Assembly: GCA_947085095.1 (NCBI GenBank)
Contig: CAMTVD010000014.1
Coordinates: 211,939-275,938, forward strand
DNA length: 64,000 bases
From: an uncultured Thermus sp.
Lineage (GTDB): Bacteria > Deinococcota > Deinococci > Deinococcales > Thermaceae
Direction: 5' to 3'
The notes under the pieces: generated by a model
What the model was told of the DNA's origin: nothing
The model's database searches: none
Seen by the model: the letters and a program-made list of their open reading frames with translations, nothing else
Shown: piece after piece, positions 9,745 to 19,376 of the stretch
Layout of the letters: each line of letters opens with the position of its first letter
How positions within the stretch are numbered: the first letter of the stretch is position 1
Position numbers and translations under genes: made by a program

Positions 9745-10821
9745 ATGGACGAGCGCATCCAGGCCCTTAGAAGGGAGGTGGACCGGGTCAACCGGGAGCT
9801 CCTTCGGCTCCTTTCCGAGAGGGGCCGCCTGGTGCAGGAGATCGGCCGCATCCAGACCGAGCTGGGCCTCCCCCACTACGACCCCAAGCGGGAGGAGGAG
9901 ATGCTCGCCTACCTCACCCGGGAGAACCCGGGCCCCTTCCCCAACGAGACCATCAAGAAGCTCTTCAAGGAGATCTTCAAGGCGAGCCTGGACCTCGAGG
10001 AGAAGGAGGACCAGAAGAAGTTCCTCTACTCCAAGAAGGCCAAGCCCGAGCCCACCCAGGTGCGGGTGAAGGACGTGGTCTTCGGGGAAAGCCCCCTCCT
10101 CATCGCCGGGCCCTGCTCCATAGAGGGCGAGGAGCAGATGATGGAAACCGCCCGCTTCCTGGCGTCCAAGGGGGTGAGGGTCTTAAGGGGCGGGGCCTTC
10201 AAGCCCAGGACCAGCCCCTACGGCTTCCAGGGCCTGGGGGTGGAGGGGCTGAAGCTGGGGAGGTGGGCGGCGGACGCCTTCGGCATGGTCTTCGTCACCG
10301 AGGTCATGGACACCCGGGACGTGGAGGTGGTGGCGGAGTACGCCCACATCCTCCAGATCGGGGCCAGGAACATGCAGAACTTCGCCCTCCTCAAGGAGGT
10401 GGGGCGGGTGGGAAAACCCGTCCTCCTCAAAAGGGGGCTTTCCGCCACCATGGAGGAGTGGTTCTACGCCGCCGAGTACATCCTTTCCCAGGGGAACGAA
10501 CAGGTGATCCTGGCGGAGAGGGGGATCCGCACCTTTGAGCGCTGGACCAGGAACACCCTGGACCTCTCGGCCGTGGCCCTGGCCAAGCAGGAGACCCACC
10601 TCCCGGTGGTCGTGGACGTGACCCACGCCGCCGGGCGCACCGACCTCCTGGCCCCCCTGGCCCGGGCCGCCTTGGCGGTGGGGGCGGACGGGGTGCACGT
10701 GGAGGTCCACCCCAACCCCAAGGTGGCCCTCTCCGACAACCAGCAACAGCTGGACTTCGCCCAGTTTGAGCGCTTCCTGGAGGCCATCCAAGACCTCCTC
10801 CAGGCTCCCCCTAGACCCTAG
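9745..10821 (+). CDS. aroF: Bifunctional chorismate mutase / DAHP synthase (class I-beta)
   Basis: N-terminal AroQ-like helix (LRREVDRVN...DPKRE) plus IAGPCS, GGAFKPRTSPY, QIGARNMQN, ERGIRTFE. Confidence 0.93.
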   Translation: MDERIQALRREVDRVNRELLRLLSERGRLVQEIGRIQTELGLPHYDPKREEEMLAYLTRENPGPFPNETIKKLFKEIFKASLDLEEKEDQKKFLYSKKAKPEPTQVRVKDVVFGESPLLIAGPCSIEGEEQMMETARFLASKGVRVLRGGAFKPRTSPYGFQGLGVEGLKLGRWAADAFGMVFVTEVMDTRDVEVVAEYAHILQIGARNMQNFALLKEVGRVGKPVLLKRGLSATMEEWFYAAEYILSQGNEQVILAERGIRTFERWTRNTLDLSAVALAKQETHLPVVVDVTHAAGRTDLLAPLARAALAVGADGVHVEVHPNPKVALSDNQQQLDFAQFERFLEAIQDLLQAPPRP

Positions 10822-10835
10822 ACCCCCAATCCCCC

Positions 10836-11774
10836 ATGGGCTTCCTGGATAACCTCTTAAGCGCCTTCCTCAAGGCCACCGACCCCAGGCCCCGCTACAC
10901 CGAGGCTCGCTGCCTCCTCTACAAGAACAGCGTGGGGGGGTGCGACCGCTGCTACCAGGCCTGCCCCAAGGGAGCGGTGCGCCTCGAGGGGTGGCGGGTG
11001 GAGCTGGACGAGGCCCTGTGTACGGGGTGTGGCCTGTGCACCGGGGTCTGCCCCGGGGTGGCCCTGGAGTACCCCTTGGGGGGCATCCAGGAGGCCCTGA
11101 TCCGGGGGAAGGGGCAGATAAGGTGCTCTAAGGCGGAGGGAAAGGGAGAGGAGGTCCTCTGCCTGGGTCGCCTCACCCCGGGGCTTCTGGCCGAGGCGGG
11201 AAGCCGCTTCGGCAAGGTGGTCCTGGCCCGGGGGGCCTGCGCCTCCTGCCGGATCGGGGGGCCCTCCGTCCCCGAGCACCTGGAAAGGATGGCCGAGGAG
11301 GCCAGGCGCTACCACCCCCTGGAGGTGGAGGTGGTGGAGGGGCCCTTGCCGGGGGAGCCCGTGGGCCGACGGGAGCTTTTCCAGGCCCTTCTGGGGAGCG
11401 CCAAGCGCACCGCCGCCGACCTGGTCCCCGAGTTGCCCCTTCCCGCCCCTGAGGAGGAGAAGGGCCTTCCCCCCGAGCTCCGCCTGCGCCGCCTGGCGGC
11501 GGAGCGGGCTTTTGAGGTGCGCTGGCCCCGGATCCGGGTGGAGGAGGGGTGCACCCTCTGCCCCGTCTGCACCAACGTCTGCCCCACGGGGGCGGTCCAG
11601 CGGGTCAGGGAGGGGGAGGAGTACGTCCTCTACCTCCAGGTGGAGGCCTGCACCGGGTGCGGGGCCTGTGTGGCAAGCTGCCCGCCCCAGGTGATCCGCC
11701 TCGAGGAGGCCTCCAAGGAGGAGCTTGGCGAGTTGGAACTCTTCCGGGGCAAGCCCCCCTGGTACGACCTTTGA
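10836..11774 (+). CDS. Polyferredoxin / 4Fe-4S dicluster protein
   Basis: Repeated CxxCxxCxxxCP motifs. Confidence 0.88.
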   Translation: MGFLDNLLSAFLKATDPRPRYTEARCLLYKNSVGGCDRCYQACPKGAVRLEGWRVELDEALCTGCGLCTGVCPGVALEYPLGGIQEALIRGKGQIRCSKAEGKGEEVLCLGRLTPGLLAEAGSRFGKVVLARGACASCRIGGPSVPEHLERMAEEARRYHPLEVEVVEGPLPGEPVGRRELFQALLGSAKRTAADLVPELPLPAPEEEKGLPPELRLRRLAAERAFEVRWPRIRVEEGCTLCPVCTNVCPTGAVQRVREGEEYVLYLQVEACTGCGACVASCPPQVIRLEEASKEELGELELFRGKPPWYDL

Positions 11775-11798
11775 ACCTAGTATAATCCCCTTAAACCT

Positions 11799-13439
11799 AT
11801 GGATGCGGATGTCCTTGTGGTGGGTGGGGGCTTGGCGGGCCTGGTGGTGGCCACCGAGGTGGCGGCAAGGGGCAAGCGCGTCCTCCTCCTGGAGCAGGAG
11901 CCTTACTTGGGCGGGCAAGCCTTCTGGTCCTTCGGGGGGCTTTTCTTGGTGAATTCCCCCGAGCAGAGGCGGCTTGGCATCCGGGACTCCCTGGAATTGG
12001 CCCGCCAGGACTGGTTCGGCTCGGCGGGCCACGATCGGCCCGAGGACGCTTGGGGGCGGCGCTTTGCCGAGGCCTACCTGGAGTTCGCCGCCTCGGAGAA
12101 GCGGGCCTGGCTCCGTGCCTTAGGGGTGGGGTTCTTCCCCGTGGTGGGCTGGGCGGAGCGGGGCGGCGGGCTGGCCACGGGCCACGGCAACTCCGTTCCC
12201 CGGTTCCACATCGTCTGGGGCACGGGTCCAGGCCTCCTGGAGCCCTTCCTCCGGCGCCTTGGCTCCCAGGAGGAAAAGGGCTTGGTCCGGGTCCTGCTCC
12301 GCCACCGGGTGGAGGAGGTTTTGGTGGAAGGCGGCAGGGCGGTGGGCGTAGCGGGAGTGGTGCTGGAGCCCGATCCCAGCCCGAGGGGTGCCCCCAAAAG
12401 CCGCGAGGCCATAGGAGAGTTCCGCTTCCTGGCTCAGGCGGTGGTCCTGGCCACGGGGGGCATCGGGGCCAACCTGGACCTGGTGCGGCGCTACTGGCCT
12501 GAGCGCCTGGGTAGGCCACCCGAAAGGCTTCTTTCCGGCGTGCCGGACCACGTGGACGGGAGCGGGATCTTGGCCGCAGGAAAGGCGGGGGCGCACCTCG
12601 TCAACCTGGACCGGATGTGGCACTACCCCGAGGGGGTGGAGAACCACACCCCCATCTGGAGCCGCCACGGGATCCGCATTCTCCCTGGGCCCTCTGCCCT
12701 TTGGGTGGACGCCACCGGAAGGCGCCTTCCCCCACCCCTCTTCCCGGGGTTTGATGCCCTGGAGACCCTGCGCCACCTCCGGGGTACGGGATTTGACTGG
12801 AGCTGGTTCGTGCTCAACCTGCGGATCCTCAAAAAGGAGTTCGCCCTCTCGGGCTCGGAGCAGAACCCGGACCTCACGGGAAAGAGCCTGGTGCAGGTGC
12901 TGCGCAACCGCCTTTTTGGCCCACCAGCGCCGGTCAAGGCCTTCCTGGAGCGGGGGAAGGACTTTGTGGTGGCGGGGAACCTCTCCGAGCTCATGCGCAA
13001 GATGGACGCCCTGGCCCCAGGGGTCCTGGACCCCGCGCGCTTGGAAAAGGAGGTGAAGGCCCGGGATTTGGAGTTTTTAAACCCCTTTGCCAAGGACTCC
13101 CAGGTCCTGGCCCTCCGGGGCTTCCGCCGCTACCTGGGCGACCGCCTCTTCCGGGTGGCCCCCCCGGCCCCCATCCTGGATCCCAAGGGCGGTCCCTTGG
13201 TGGCCGTGCGCCTTTGGGCCCTCACCCGCAAGACCCTGGGAGGCATACAGACAGACCTCGAGGGCCGGGCCCTTACCCCCGCGGGAAACCCCCTTCCAGG
13301 CCTTTTCGCCGCCGGGGAGGCCGCGGGGTTTGGTGGGGGTGGGGTGCACGGGTACAAGGCCCTCGAGGGCACCTTCCTGGGAGGGTGCCTCTTTTCGGGC
13401 CTCCAGGCGGCCAAGGGGGTGCTGAAGGGTCTAGAATAG
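11799..13439 (+). CDS. FAD-binding dehydrogenase (fumarate reductase / ketosteroid dehydrogenase-like flavoprotein)
   Basis: VVGGGLAGL, GGQAFWSFGG, LATGG, TRKTLGG, GLFAAGE...LEGTFLGGC. Confidence 0.85.
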   Translation: MDADVLVVGGGLAGLVVATEVAARGKRVLLLEQEPYLGGQAFWSFGGLFLVNSPEQRRLGIRDSLELARQDWFGSAGHDRPEDAWGRRFAEAYLEFAASEKRAWLRALGVGFFPVVGWAERGGGLATGHGNSVPRFHIVWGTGPGLLEPFLRRLGSQEEKGLVRVLLRHRVEEVLVEGGRAVGVAGVVLEPDPSPRGAPKSREAIGEFRFLAQAVVLATGGIGANLDLVRRYWPERLGRPPERLLSGVPDHVDGSGILAAGKAGAHLVNLDRMWHYPEGVENHTPIWSRHGIRILPGPSALWVDATGRRLPPPLFPGFDALETLRHLRGTGFDWSWFVLNLRILKKEFALSGSEQNPDLTGKSLVQVLRNRLFGPPAPVKAFLERGKDFVVAGNLSELMRKMDALAPGVLDPARLEKEVKARDLEFLNPFAKDSQVLALRGFRRYLGDRLFRVAPPAPILDPKGGPLVAVRLWALTRKTLGGIQTDLEGRALTPAGNPLPGLFAAGEAAGFGGGGVHGYKALEGTFLGGCLFSGLQAAKGVLKGLE

Positions 13440-13443
13440 GCCC

Positions 13444-13836
13444 ATGCGGCTTCACCACGTGGGCATCGCCGTGGAGGACCTGGAAGAGGCCAAGGCCCGC
13501 TACCTGCTCCTGGGCTTTAGGGTGGAGGCCGAGGGGGAGGTGGCGGCCCAGGGGGTGCGGGTGGCCATGCTGAAAGGGGAGGGGGAGGTTCTCCTGGAGC
13601 TCCTCGCCCCCTTGGGGCCGGACACCCCCGTGGGCCGCTTTTTGCAGAAGAGGGGCCCTGGGCTTCACCACCTGGCCTTCGCCACCGAGCGCATAGAGGA
13701 GGACCTGGCCCGGCTCAGGGGGGAAGGGGCCAGGCTCATTGACGAGGCCCCTCGCCCGGGGTTTGGCGGGCATCGGGTGGCCTTCCTCCACCCCACCTCT
13801 GGGCTTGGGGTCCTCTGGGAGCTGGTGGAGGTCTAG
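13444..13836 (+). CDS. mce: Methylmalonyl-CoA epimerase (VOC family)
   Basis: HHVGIAV, Q.V.VA, ELLAP, GPGLHHLAF, VAFLHP, GVLWELVE. Confidence 0.88.
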   Translation: MRLHHVGIAVEDLEEAKARYLLLGFRVEAEGEVAAQGVRVAMLKGEGEVLLELLAPLGPDTPVGRFLQKRGPGLHHLAFATERIEEDLARLRGEGARLIDEAPRPGFGGHRVAFLHPTSGLGVLWELVEV

Positions 13837-13839
13837 GTA

Positions 13840-13867
13840 CCCCGCCGTGGCCTAAGCCACGGCGGGG
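13840..13867. repeat. Intergenic perfect GC-rich palindrome (REP-like hairpin)
   Basis: CCCCGCCGTGGC-CTAA-GCCACGGCGGGG: 12-bp stem, no U-tract. Confidence 0.65.
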
Positions 13868-13889
13868 GCCCCTAAATCAGGGAAGACTT

Positions 13890-14246
13890 ATGGGCCAGCG
13901 CCGGGCGCGGAGACGCCTATACCTGGGGTTCGCCCTGGGCTGGATGGGGGTCTTGTGGTACCTTTCCGCCCAGCCCGCCACCGGGGCTGGCCTCCCCCAC
14001 CCCTGGGACAAGGCCGCCCACTTCGCCGCCTATGCCCTTCTCGGCTTCCTCTGGCGGCGCGGGCTTGGGCGCTTTCGCCCCGCCTTCCTCCTTTCCGCCC
14101 TTTACGGGGTGGTGGACGAGGGGCACCAAAGCTTCGTCCCCGGGCGGGAGGTGTCCTTTGGGGACCTCCTCGCCGACTTCCTGGGGGCCTACCTGGGGGC
14201 TAGGTGGGGGGGTAGAGGGGAAGTTCCAAAAGGCGCCCGCCCTTAG
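13890..14246 (+). CDS. VanZ-family membrane protein
   Basis: DKAAHFAAYA, YGVVDEGHQSFVPGR, D..AD..G. Confidence 0.85.
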   Translation: MGQRRARRRLYLGFALGWMGVLWYLSAQPATGAGLPHPWDKAAHFAAYALLGFLWRRGLGRFRPAFLLSALYGVVDEGHQSFVPGREVSFGDLLADFLGAYLGARWGGRGEVPKGARP

Positions 14247-14883
14247 CCCCCGCGGCCTGCACCACCAGCTCGGCCACCAGCTCGGGGGCGATCCAGCGGC
14301 TGGGGTCGGCCTCGGGCATGGCCCGGCGGTTGGCCTCGGTGTCCAGGGTGCCCATGGGGTAGACCACCAGAAAGCGCACCCCCTCCACCTCCCCCTGCAG
14401 GGACCTTAGGAGGCTCGCCAGGGCGGCCTTGGCGGCGGTGTAGAGGGCCCGGCCCGGACCCGCGCCCGTCCAGGCGGGGCCGGCGGCGAAGGCGGCGAAG
14501 AAGCCCTCCCCCCGCTTTTCCATGTAGGGGAGGACAGCCCTTAGGAGGTTATAGGTGGTGCGCAGGTTCAGGTCCAGCATCCAGTCGTAAAGCCCCGGGT
14601 CCGCGTCCAAAAAGCGCCCGGCGGCGAAGCCCCCCACGGTGTGGACCACGCCATAGAGGGGGGCCTCCCGTTCCACGGAGCGGGCGAGGGCCTGGGCCTC
14701 CTCCAGGCGGGTGAGGTCGGCCACAAAGGTCCTGGCCCCCACGGCCTCCGCCCTTTCCGCCATGCGCTCCAAGCGGGGGTCGGAGAGGAAGAGCCTGGCC
14801 CCCGCCCGGTGGAAGGCGGGGATCAGGGCCCGGGAGAGGGCCCCCCCGGCTCCGGTGATGAGAAAGGCCTTACCTTCCAGCAT
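14200..14883 (-). CDS. Short-chain dehydrogenase/reductase
   Basis: LITGAGGAL, YTAAK catalytic motif, P..LDT.ANR. Confidence 0.88.
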   Translation of the reverse strand: MLEGKAFLITGAGGALSRALIPAFHRAGARLFLSDPRLERMAERAEAVGARTFVADLTRLEEAQALARSVEREAPLYGVVHTVGGFAAGRFLDADPGLYDWMLDLNLRTTYNLLRAVLPYMEKRGEGFFAAFAAGPAWTGAGPGRALYTAAKAALASLLRSLQGEVEGVRFLVVYPMGTLDTEANRRAMPEADPSRWIAPELVAELVVQAAGAKGGRLLELPLYPPT

Positions 14884-14887
14884 GGCC

Positions 14888-15868
14888 TCATTGTACGGGG
14901 AGGAAAGCCAGGGCCTTGGGGGAGAAACCTAAGGAAGGGAGGGCCGCCCTCTGGGGCGGGGAGGGGACCAGGTCGTAGACGTAGAGTAGGCTCCCCGCCG
15001 CCAGGTACAGGTAGGCGTCCTGCCCCACCAGGCCGGCGGCAAAGGTCTGGAAGGCTTCCAAGTGGGGGGACTCCCTGGGCTCCAGCACCTGGAAGCCCTG
15101 GCCAAAGACCGCAAGCCCCGCCACCGGGTCCAGGGCCAGGCGGGCCAGGCGGGGGAAGTCTCCCAGGACCTTGCGGCTTTGCAGGGCCTCCCCCTGGAGG
15201 GTGTAGAGGCGGGTTTCCGTGGCCGTGCCCCCCAGGCCCAGAAGCCTTCCCCGGCTCCCGTCCGCCCGCAGGTCAAAGGGGCCCTGGCTGAGGGGTCTTT
15301 CGGGGAGGAGCTTTTCCAGACGGGGGCTACCCCCGGGGTCATGGGGGGGGCGGAAGCCCAGGGCGTTTGGGGTCAGGTAGCCCAGGAGGTCCAGGGCTCC
15401 CTGGGGGAGGAGGGCGAGGCGCAGGGGGGCCTCCAGCCCGGTGAGGTCGGCCTCGAGGGGGTCCTCCAGGCCGGGGGGAAAGAGGAAGGCCTTTCCCGCC
15501 CCCGGGCAGTGGACCAGGAGGCGGTTCTGCCCTAGGCGCAGGTACCCCCCGGCGCAGCCAGGGAGGGGCGCTGTGGCCTGGAGGTTCTGGGGGGCGGAAG
15601 TTTCGGTGAAACCGGAGGTGTCGTAGGCCTCGAGGCGGTCCAGGAAGAGCAGGTAAAGCCGCCCCTGGCTTCCCCAGTAGGCCAGGTCCTGGAGGCCGGG
15701 CGTGGTCCAGGCGGCCACCGGGGTGGCCAGGCCCCGTTGCAGGTCGGAAGCCTTGTAAAAGCGCACCTCGTCCCCGCTCCCCGCGGCCAAGAGGGCGGGG
15801 AGGGGGGGCTCCTGGCTTCCTGTGCAGGCCGCGAGGAGGAAGAGGAGGAGAAGAAGCCCCTTTCTCAT
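14888..15868 (-). CDS. Uncharacterised lipoprotein (beta-rich)
   Basis: Start reassigned to ATG 15868 (MRKGLLLLLFLLAAC, lipobox LAAC), overlapping the stop of the lptD-like gene. Confidence 0.75.
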   Translation of the reverse strand: MRKGLLLLLFLLAACTGSQEPPLPALLAAGSGDEVRFYKASDLQRGLATPVAAWTTPGLQDLAYWGSQGRLYLLFLDRLEAYDTSGFTETSAPQNLQATAPLPGCAGGYLRLGQNRLLVHCPGAGKAFLFPPGLEDPLEADLTGLEAPLRLALLPQGALDLLGYLTPNALGFRPPHDPGGSPRLEKLLPERPLSQGPFDLRADGSRGRLLGLGGTATETRLYTLQGEALQSRKVLGDFPRLARLALDPVAGLAVFGQGFQVLEPRESPHLEAFQTFAAGLVGQDAYLYLAAGSLLYVYDLVPSPPQRAALPSLGFSPKALAFLPVQ

Positions 15869-18336
15869 GGCAGACCTCCCAGCTTCACGCCCTCCTCGGA
15901 GAGGAGGACCCCCGCCGCCTGGCCCCCAAAGAGGAAGGCCAGGCCGAAGCTTCCCTTGCCCGCATCCACTGTGACCCGCATGGCCCAGCAGCAGCGGTCC
16001 AGGACCAAGATAAACCTGGGCTTCAGGGCCTCCCCCGGCAGGTTCTGGGTGAGGAGGGCGGAGAGGTGGAGCTTGCTCTTCTCCCGGCCCAGGAAGGTGA
16101 GGGTGGGGCCGAAGTTGCGCAAGGAGAGGCCATACCCCTCGGGCCGGTCGGGGCGGCGGGTATAGGTGAGGCTCCCCGAGAAGGAAAGCCCCGGGATGGC
16201 GTTTTCCCCGTTTTCGTCCGGGGGGATGGGCCGCCAAAGCTCGGCCCCCCCGCTGAAGGTGGCGTCCCTCAGGTAGACCCCGGGGTCCCCCACCTCGGGC
16301 AGGTGGAGGTTGGCGGTGAGGCGGAAGCCCACCTCGGGGAGGGCCTGGCTTGCGGAGAGGCGCAGGTTGGTGCCCCGGAAGCCCTCCTGGTAGCGGCCCG
16401 TGAGGGAGAGGTCAAAGAGGGGCCCCGGGGCTACCCCGAAGCGCAGGCCCGCCTGGTAGCCCAGGGCTTTGGGGTCCAGGTTGGCCTGGAGGGTGAGGCT
16501 GGTGGTTTGGAGGATGGTCTGGGCCAAAAGGCTCAGGGTGTCCCGGGTCCAGTCCCGGCGGGCCTGGAGGGTGTAGGCGTTCAGGCCCTCCCGCAAGGAG
16601 AAGGTGAGGCCCGTGTCCAGGGGGCCTTCCCCGTTCAGGCCGTGGCGGTGGCTCAGGTTCAGGCTGCCCCCGGGGAGGGCGTAGGCGGCCTGGAGGAAGA
16701 GGGGGTCAAAGAGGGCCTTGGGGTGGTCGTAGCGGAGGCTCGCCCTCAAGGAAAAGGGGTAGGGGGTGAGGGCGGCCTCGGCCTGGGTTTCCAGGGGGCC
16801 TTCCCCCTCGAGGCCCCGCTTGTGGTAGACCCTTAGGGCATACCCCGGGTCCTGTAGCCGGCCCTCTCCCTCCAGGGGAAGGTAGCGTTCCCTTTCCAGG
16901 TCCCGGCCCCCCTTCAGGTTCAGAAAGAGGGGCCTCTCCGTGTACCCCAGGGCTAGGGTGGCCTGGTGGCTCCGCCTTCCCGGGAGGGCGTCAAAGCGGA
17001 AGGGGCTTTCCCCCTCCTGGAGGCTCCTCCCATAGGCCATTTCCACGCTAAACCCCCCCAGGGCCTGGCGGAAAAGGGCGGTGGTGGTCCAGTCCACCTG
17101 CCTCTCGTGCTCCCCGTCCGGGTTCCTGGTGGTGTAGTAGAAGCCCCGGAAGCGGTTCTCCGCCCGGAGGGTGGCCCCGGGCCAGGGGGTGAGGGTGAGG
17201 GTTTCCCCGTGGGCGAGGAGGACTCTTCCCGCCTCCGCGTAAGGCCCCAGGGCGCGGGCGGAGCGGTTTAGGGGGCTGGTCTCCGCCAGGTAGCGCCCCA
17301 GGACCACGCCCCCCTGGAGGGTGAAGGGGCCTTCCCGGAAGACGGGGCTTTGCGCCTCCAGCTCGGGGAGGCGTTGCAGGGTGCGGGGCGGGGGGGTGGC
17401 GGGGTCGTGGTCCAGGAAGCCCTCCAGCCTCAGGGCGAAGCGCCAGTCCTGGGGCCTGGGGGTGCCGGGGAGGAGGGCCTCGAGGCGGAAACGGGAGAGC
17501 TTCTCCCGGGTGTCGTCCCGCTCCAGGAGGGCGGTGAGGGCGAACTCTTCCCGCTTCAGGCTGTACTCCCCCCGGTACTGGAAGGTGTCCGGGGGGGTGT
17601 GGAGGAAGTAGTAGCGCTCCTTGGCCTCCCCAAGGCCGAAGTGATCCAAGCCAAAACCGTAGCCCCTTCCCCCGTAGTAGTGGAGGAGGGTGTAGCCCAG
17701 GCCCAGCTCGGATACGTAGGGGAGGGCAGTCTTGAGGTAGAAGCCCCGATCGTCCTGGCCCACCTCCAGCCTGGGCCGCCTCTCCGAGAGGAAGAGGAGG
17801 AGGACGGGAAGCTCCAGGAGGGGCTTTTCCTGGACCAGGAGGACCACCCCCCGGGCCACCACCCGGTCCCCGGGGTAGAGGACGATCTCCCGGGCGCGGA
17901 AGGCGTAGTCGGGGACCTCCTGGCCGCAGGAGGCGCAGGGGGTGGCGTAGCCCGCCTCCAGGAGGATGGCCCCCGCCGCCCTTTGGCAGAGGGGCCCGGT
18001 GAGGAGGAGTTCCTTGGCCTCTATGCGCACCTCTAGGGCGTCAAAGCTCTCGTCGGAGAGATCCACCTGGAGCTCCTCCGCCTCTATGAGGCGGCCCTCC
18101 TTGTCCCGGTAGCGCACCTTCCCCGAGAGGAGGAGGAGCCTTCTTTCCCGGAAGTAGACCACCCTTTCCGCCTCCAGGGCCTCCCCCTCCCTTTCCAGGC
18201 GCACGGGGTTTCCCACCAGCACGAAGACCTCCTCCCCGCCCTCCTCCCGGATCTCCAGGCGGTCCGCCTCCAGGACCTTCAGGGTCTGGCCCAGGGCCGG
18301 GAGAAAGAGGAAGAGGAGGAGGAGGCCCCACCTCAT
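15865..18336 (-). CDS. LptD/OstA-like outer-membrane beta-barrel protein
   Basis: Signal peptide, N-terminal OstA-like jellyroll (LEAERVVY...GKVRY...IEAEEL), YATPC..C, C-terminal DRCCWA, alternating beta pattern; downstream of lptF/G. Confidence 0.75.
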   Translation of the reverse strand: MRWGLLLLFLFLPALGQTLKVLEADRLEIREEGGEEVFVLVGNPVRLEREGEALEAERVVYFRERRLLLLSGKVRYRDKEGRLIEAEELQVDLSDESFDALEVRIEAKELLLTGPLCQRAAGAILLEAGYATPCASCGQEVPDYAFRAREIVLYPGDRVVARGVVLLVQEKPLLELPVLLLFLSERRPRLEVGQDDRGFYLKTALPYVSELGLGYTLLHYYGGRGYGFGLDHFGLGEAKERYYFLHTPPDTFQYRGEYSLKREEFALTALLERDDTREKLSRFRLEALLPGTPRPQDWRFALRLEGFLDHDPATPPPRTLQRLPELEAQSPVFREGPFTLQGGVVLGRYLAETSPLNRSARALGPYAEAGRVLLAHGETLTLTPWPGATLRAENRFRGFYYTTRNPDGEHERQVDWTTTALFRQALGGFSVEMAYGRSLQEGESPFRFDALPGRRSHQATLALGYTERPLFLNLKGGRDLERERYLPLEGEGRLQDPGYALRVYHKRGLEGEGPLETQAEAALTPYPFSLRASLRYDHPKALFDPLFLQAAYALPGGSLNLSHRHGLNGEGPLDTGLTFSLREGLNAYTLQARRDWTRDTLSLLAQTILQTTSLTLQANLDPKALGYQAGLRFGVAPGPLFDLSLTGRYQEGFRGTNLRLSASQALPEVGFRLTANLHLPEVGDPGVYLRDATFSGGAELWRPIPPDENGENAIPGLSFSGSLTYTRRPDRPEGYGLSLRNFGPTLTFLGREKSKLHLSALLTQNLPGEALKPRFILVLDRCCWAMRVTVDAGKGSFGLAFLFGGQAAGVLLSEEGVKLGGLP

Positions 18337-19376
18337 CTCCGCCCTCCCAGGAAGAGGAAAAGGCCCAGAAGCCCGTAGAGGAGGTTGGGCCCCCAGGCGG
18401 CCAGGATGGGGTCCAGGGCGTTCTGCTCCCCCATGATCCGCCCCACGCTCCTGGTGGCGTAGTAGAAGAAGGTGAGGATGGCCACGCCCACCAGGCCCAG
18501 GCTCCGGCTCCCCCCCAGGAGGTAGAAGGCGAGGCCTGTGGCGAAGAGGGCGAAGACCAGGGCCGCGGCGGGCTCGGCGAAGCGGCGGTGGTAGGTGGTG
18601 GCCTCGAGGCCCGCCTTCACCCCCAGGGCCCTTAGCCGCTCCACCTCCTTCTTCAGTTCCCCCAGGGTCATGCGGTTCGCCGGGTTCTGCCAGGGCTCAA
18701 AGGTGAGGTCCTTGAGGAGGATCTCCCCCCTTTGGAAGCGGGTGAGGGTGCGGGGACGGTCCCCCTCGTAGGTGACCCTTTGCCCCTCTTCCACCTCCAG
18801 GACCCCTCCTCGGAACCTGCCCCTTTCCGCCAGGAGCACCTCCTCCCGGGAGAGGACCCTCAGCTTCCCGATCCGGTCCCCCGCCACCTCCCCCACGTGG
18901 ACCACCCGCCCCTGGGCGTCCTGGAAGGTGGCTCCCGGGGTAAGGAGGGCCCTTGGCCTTTCCAGGACCTGCCGCCTCAGGAGGTCCTGCCCCGCGGCCA
19001 GGGCCCGGGGCACCAGGCTCTCTCCCAGAAGAAAGCCCACGAGGGCGATGCCAAAGGCGAAGAGGAGGAGGGGGAGGAGGACCCGCTCCCGCCTCACCCC
19101 CAGGGCGAGGAGGGCCTTGAGCTCCGAGTCCTCCGCCATGCGGGAGAGGAGGAGCAAGAGGGCGAAGAGGTAGGCCACGGGGGCCCCCCGCACCAGGGCC
19201 TCGGGGGTGCGGTAGAGGAGGTAGAGGAGGAGGGTGTAGGGGTCGGCCCCCTTGGCCACCAGGGGGGCCAGGACCTCGTAGACCGCCCCCGCCAGGAAGA
19301 GGAGGACGAGGACCAGAAGCCCCCCCAAAAAGAGGAGGAGGGCCTCGCGGAGGAGGTAGCGGTCCAGGGTCTTCAC
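18333..19376 (-). CDS. LptF/LptG-family permease
   Basis: KTLDRYLLRE, L.RMAEDSELKALLALG, AAWGPNLL; start set to GTG 19376 overlapping the upstream stop. Confidence 0.88.
   Translation of the reverse strand: MKTLDRYLLREALLLFLGGLLVLVLLFLAGAVYEVLAPLVAKGADPYTLLLYLLYRTPEALVRGAPVAYLFALLLLLSRMAEDSELKALLALGVRRERVLLPLLLFAFGIALVGFLLGESLVPRALAAGQDLLRRQVLERPRALLTPGATFQDAQGRVVHVGEVAGDRIGKLRVLSREEVLLAERGRFRGGVLEVEEGQRVTYEGDRPRTLTRFQRGEILLKDLTFEPWQNPANRMTLGELKKEVERLRALGVKAGLEATTYHRRFAEPAAALVFALFATGLAFYLLGGSRSLGLVGVAILTFFYYATRSVGRIMGEQNALDPILAAWGPNLLYGLLGLFLFLGGRR

Noticed and set aside
2..14246. VanW and VanZ genes as glycopeptide resistance
   Set aside because: Both are widespread domain families, are unlinked here, and have no vanHAX/vanRS nearby.
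15869..16237. Longer start for the lipoprotein gene
   Set aside because: Lies within the lptD-like gene; the signal peptide and lipobox begin at 15868.
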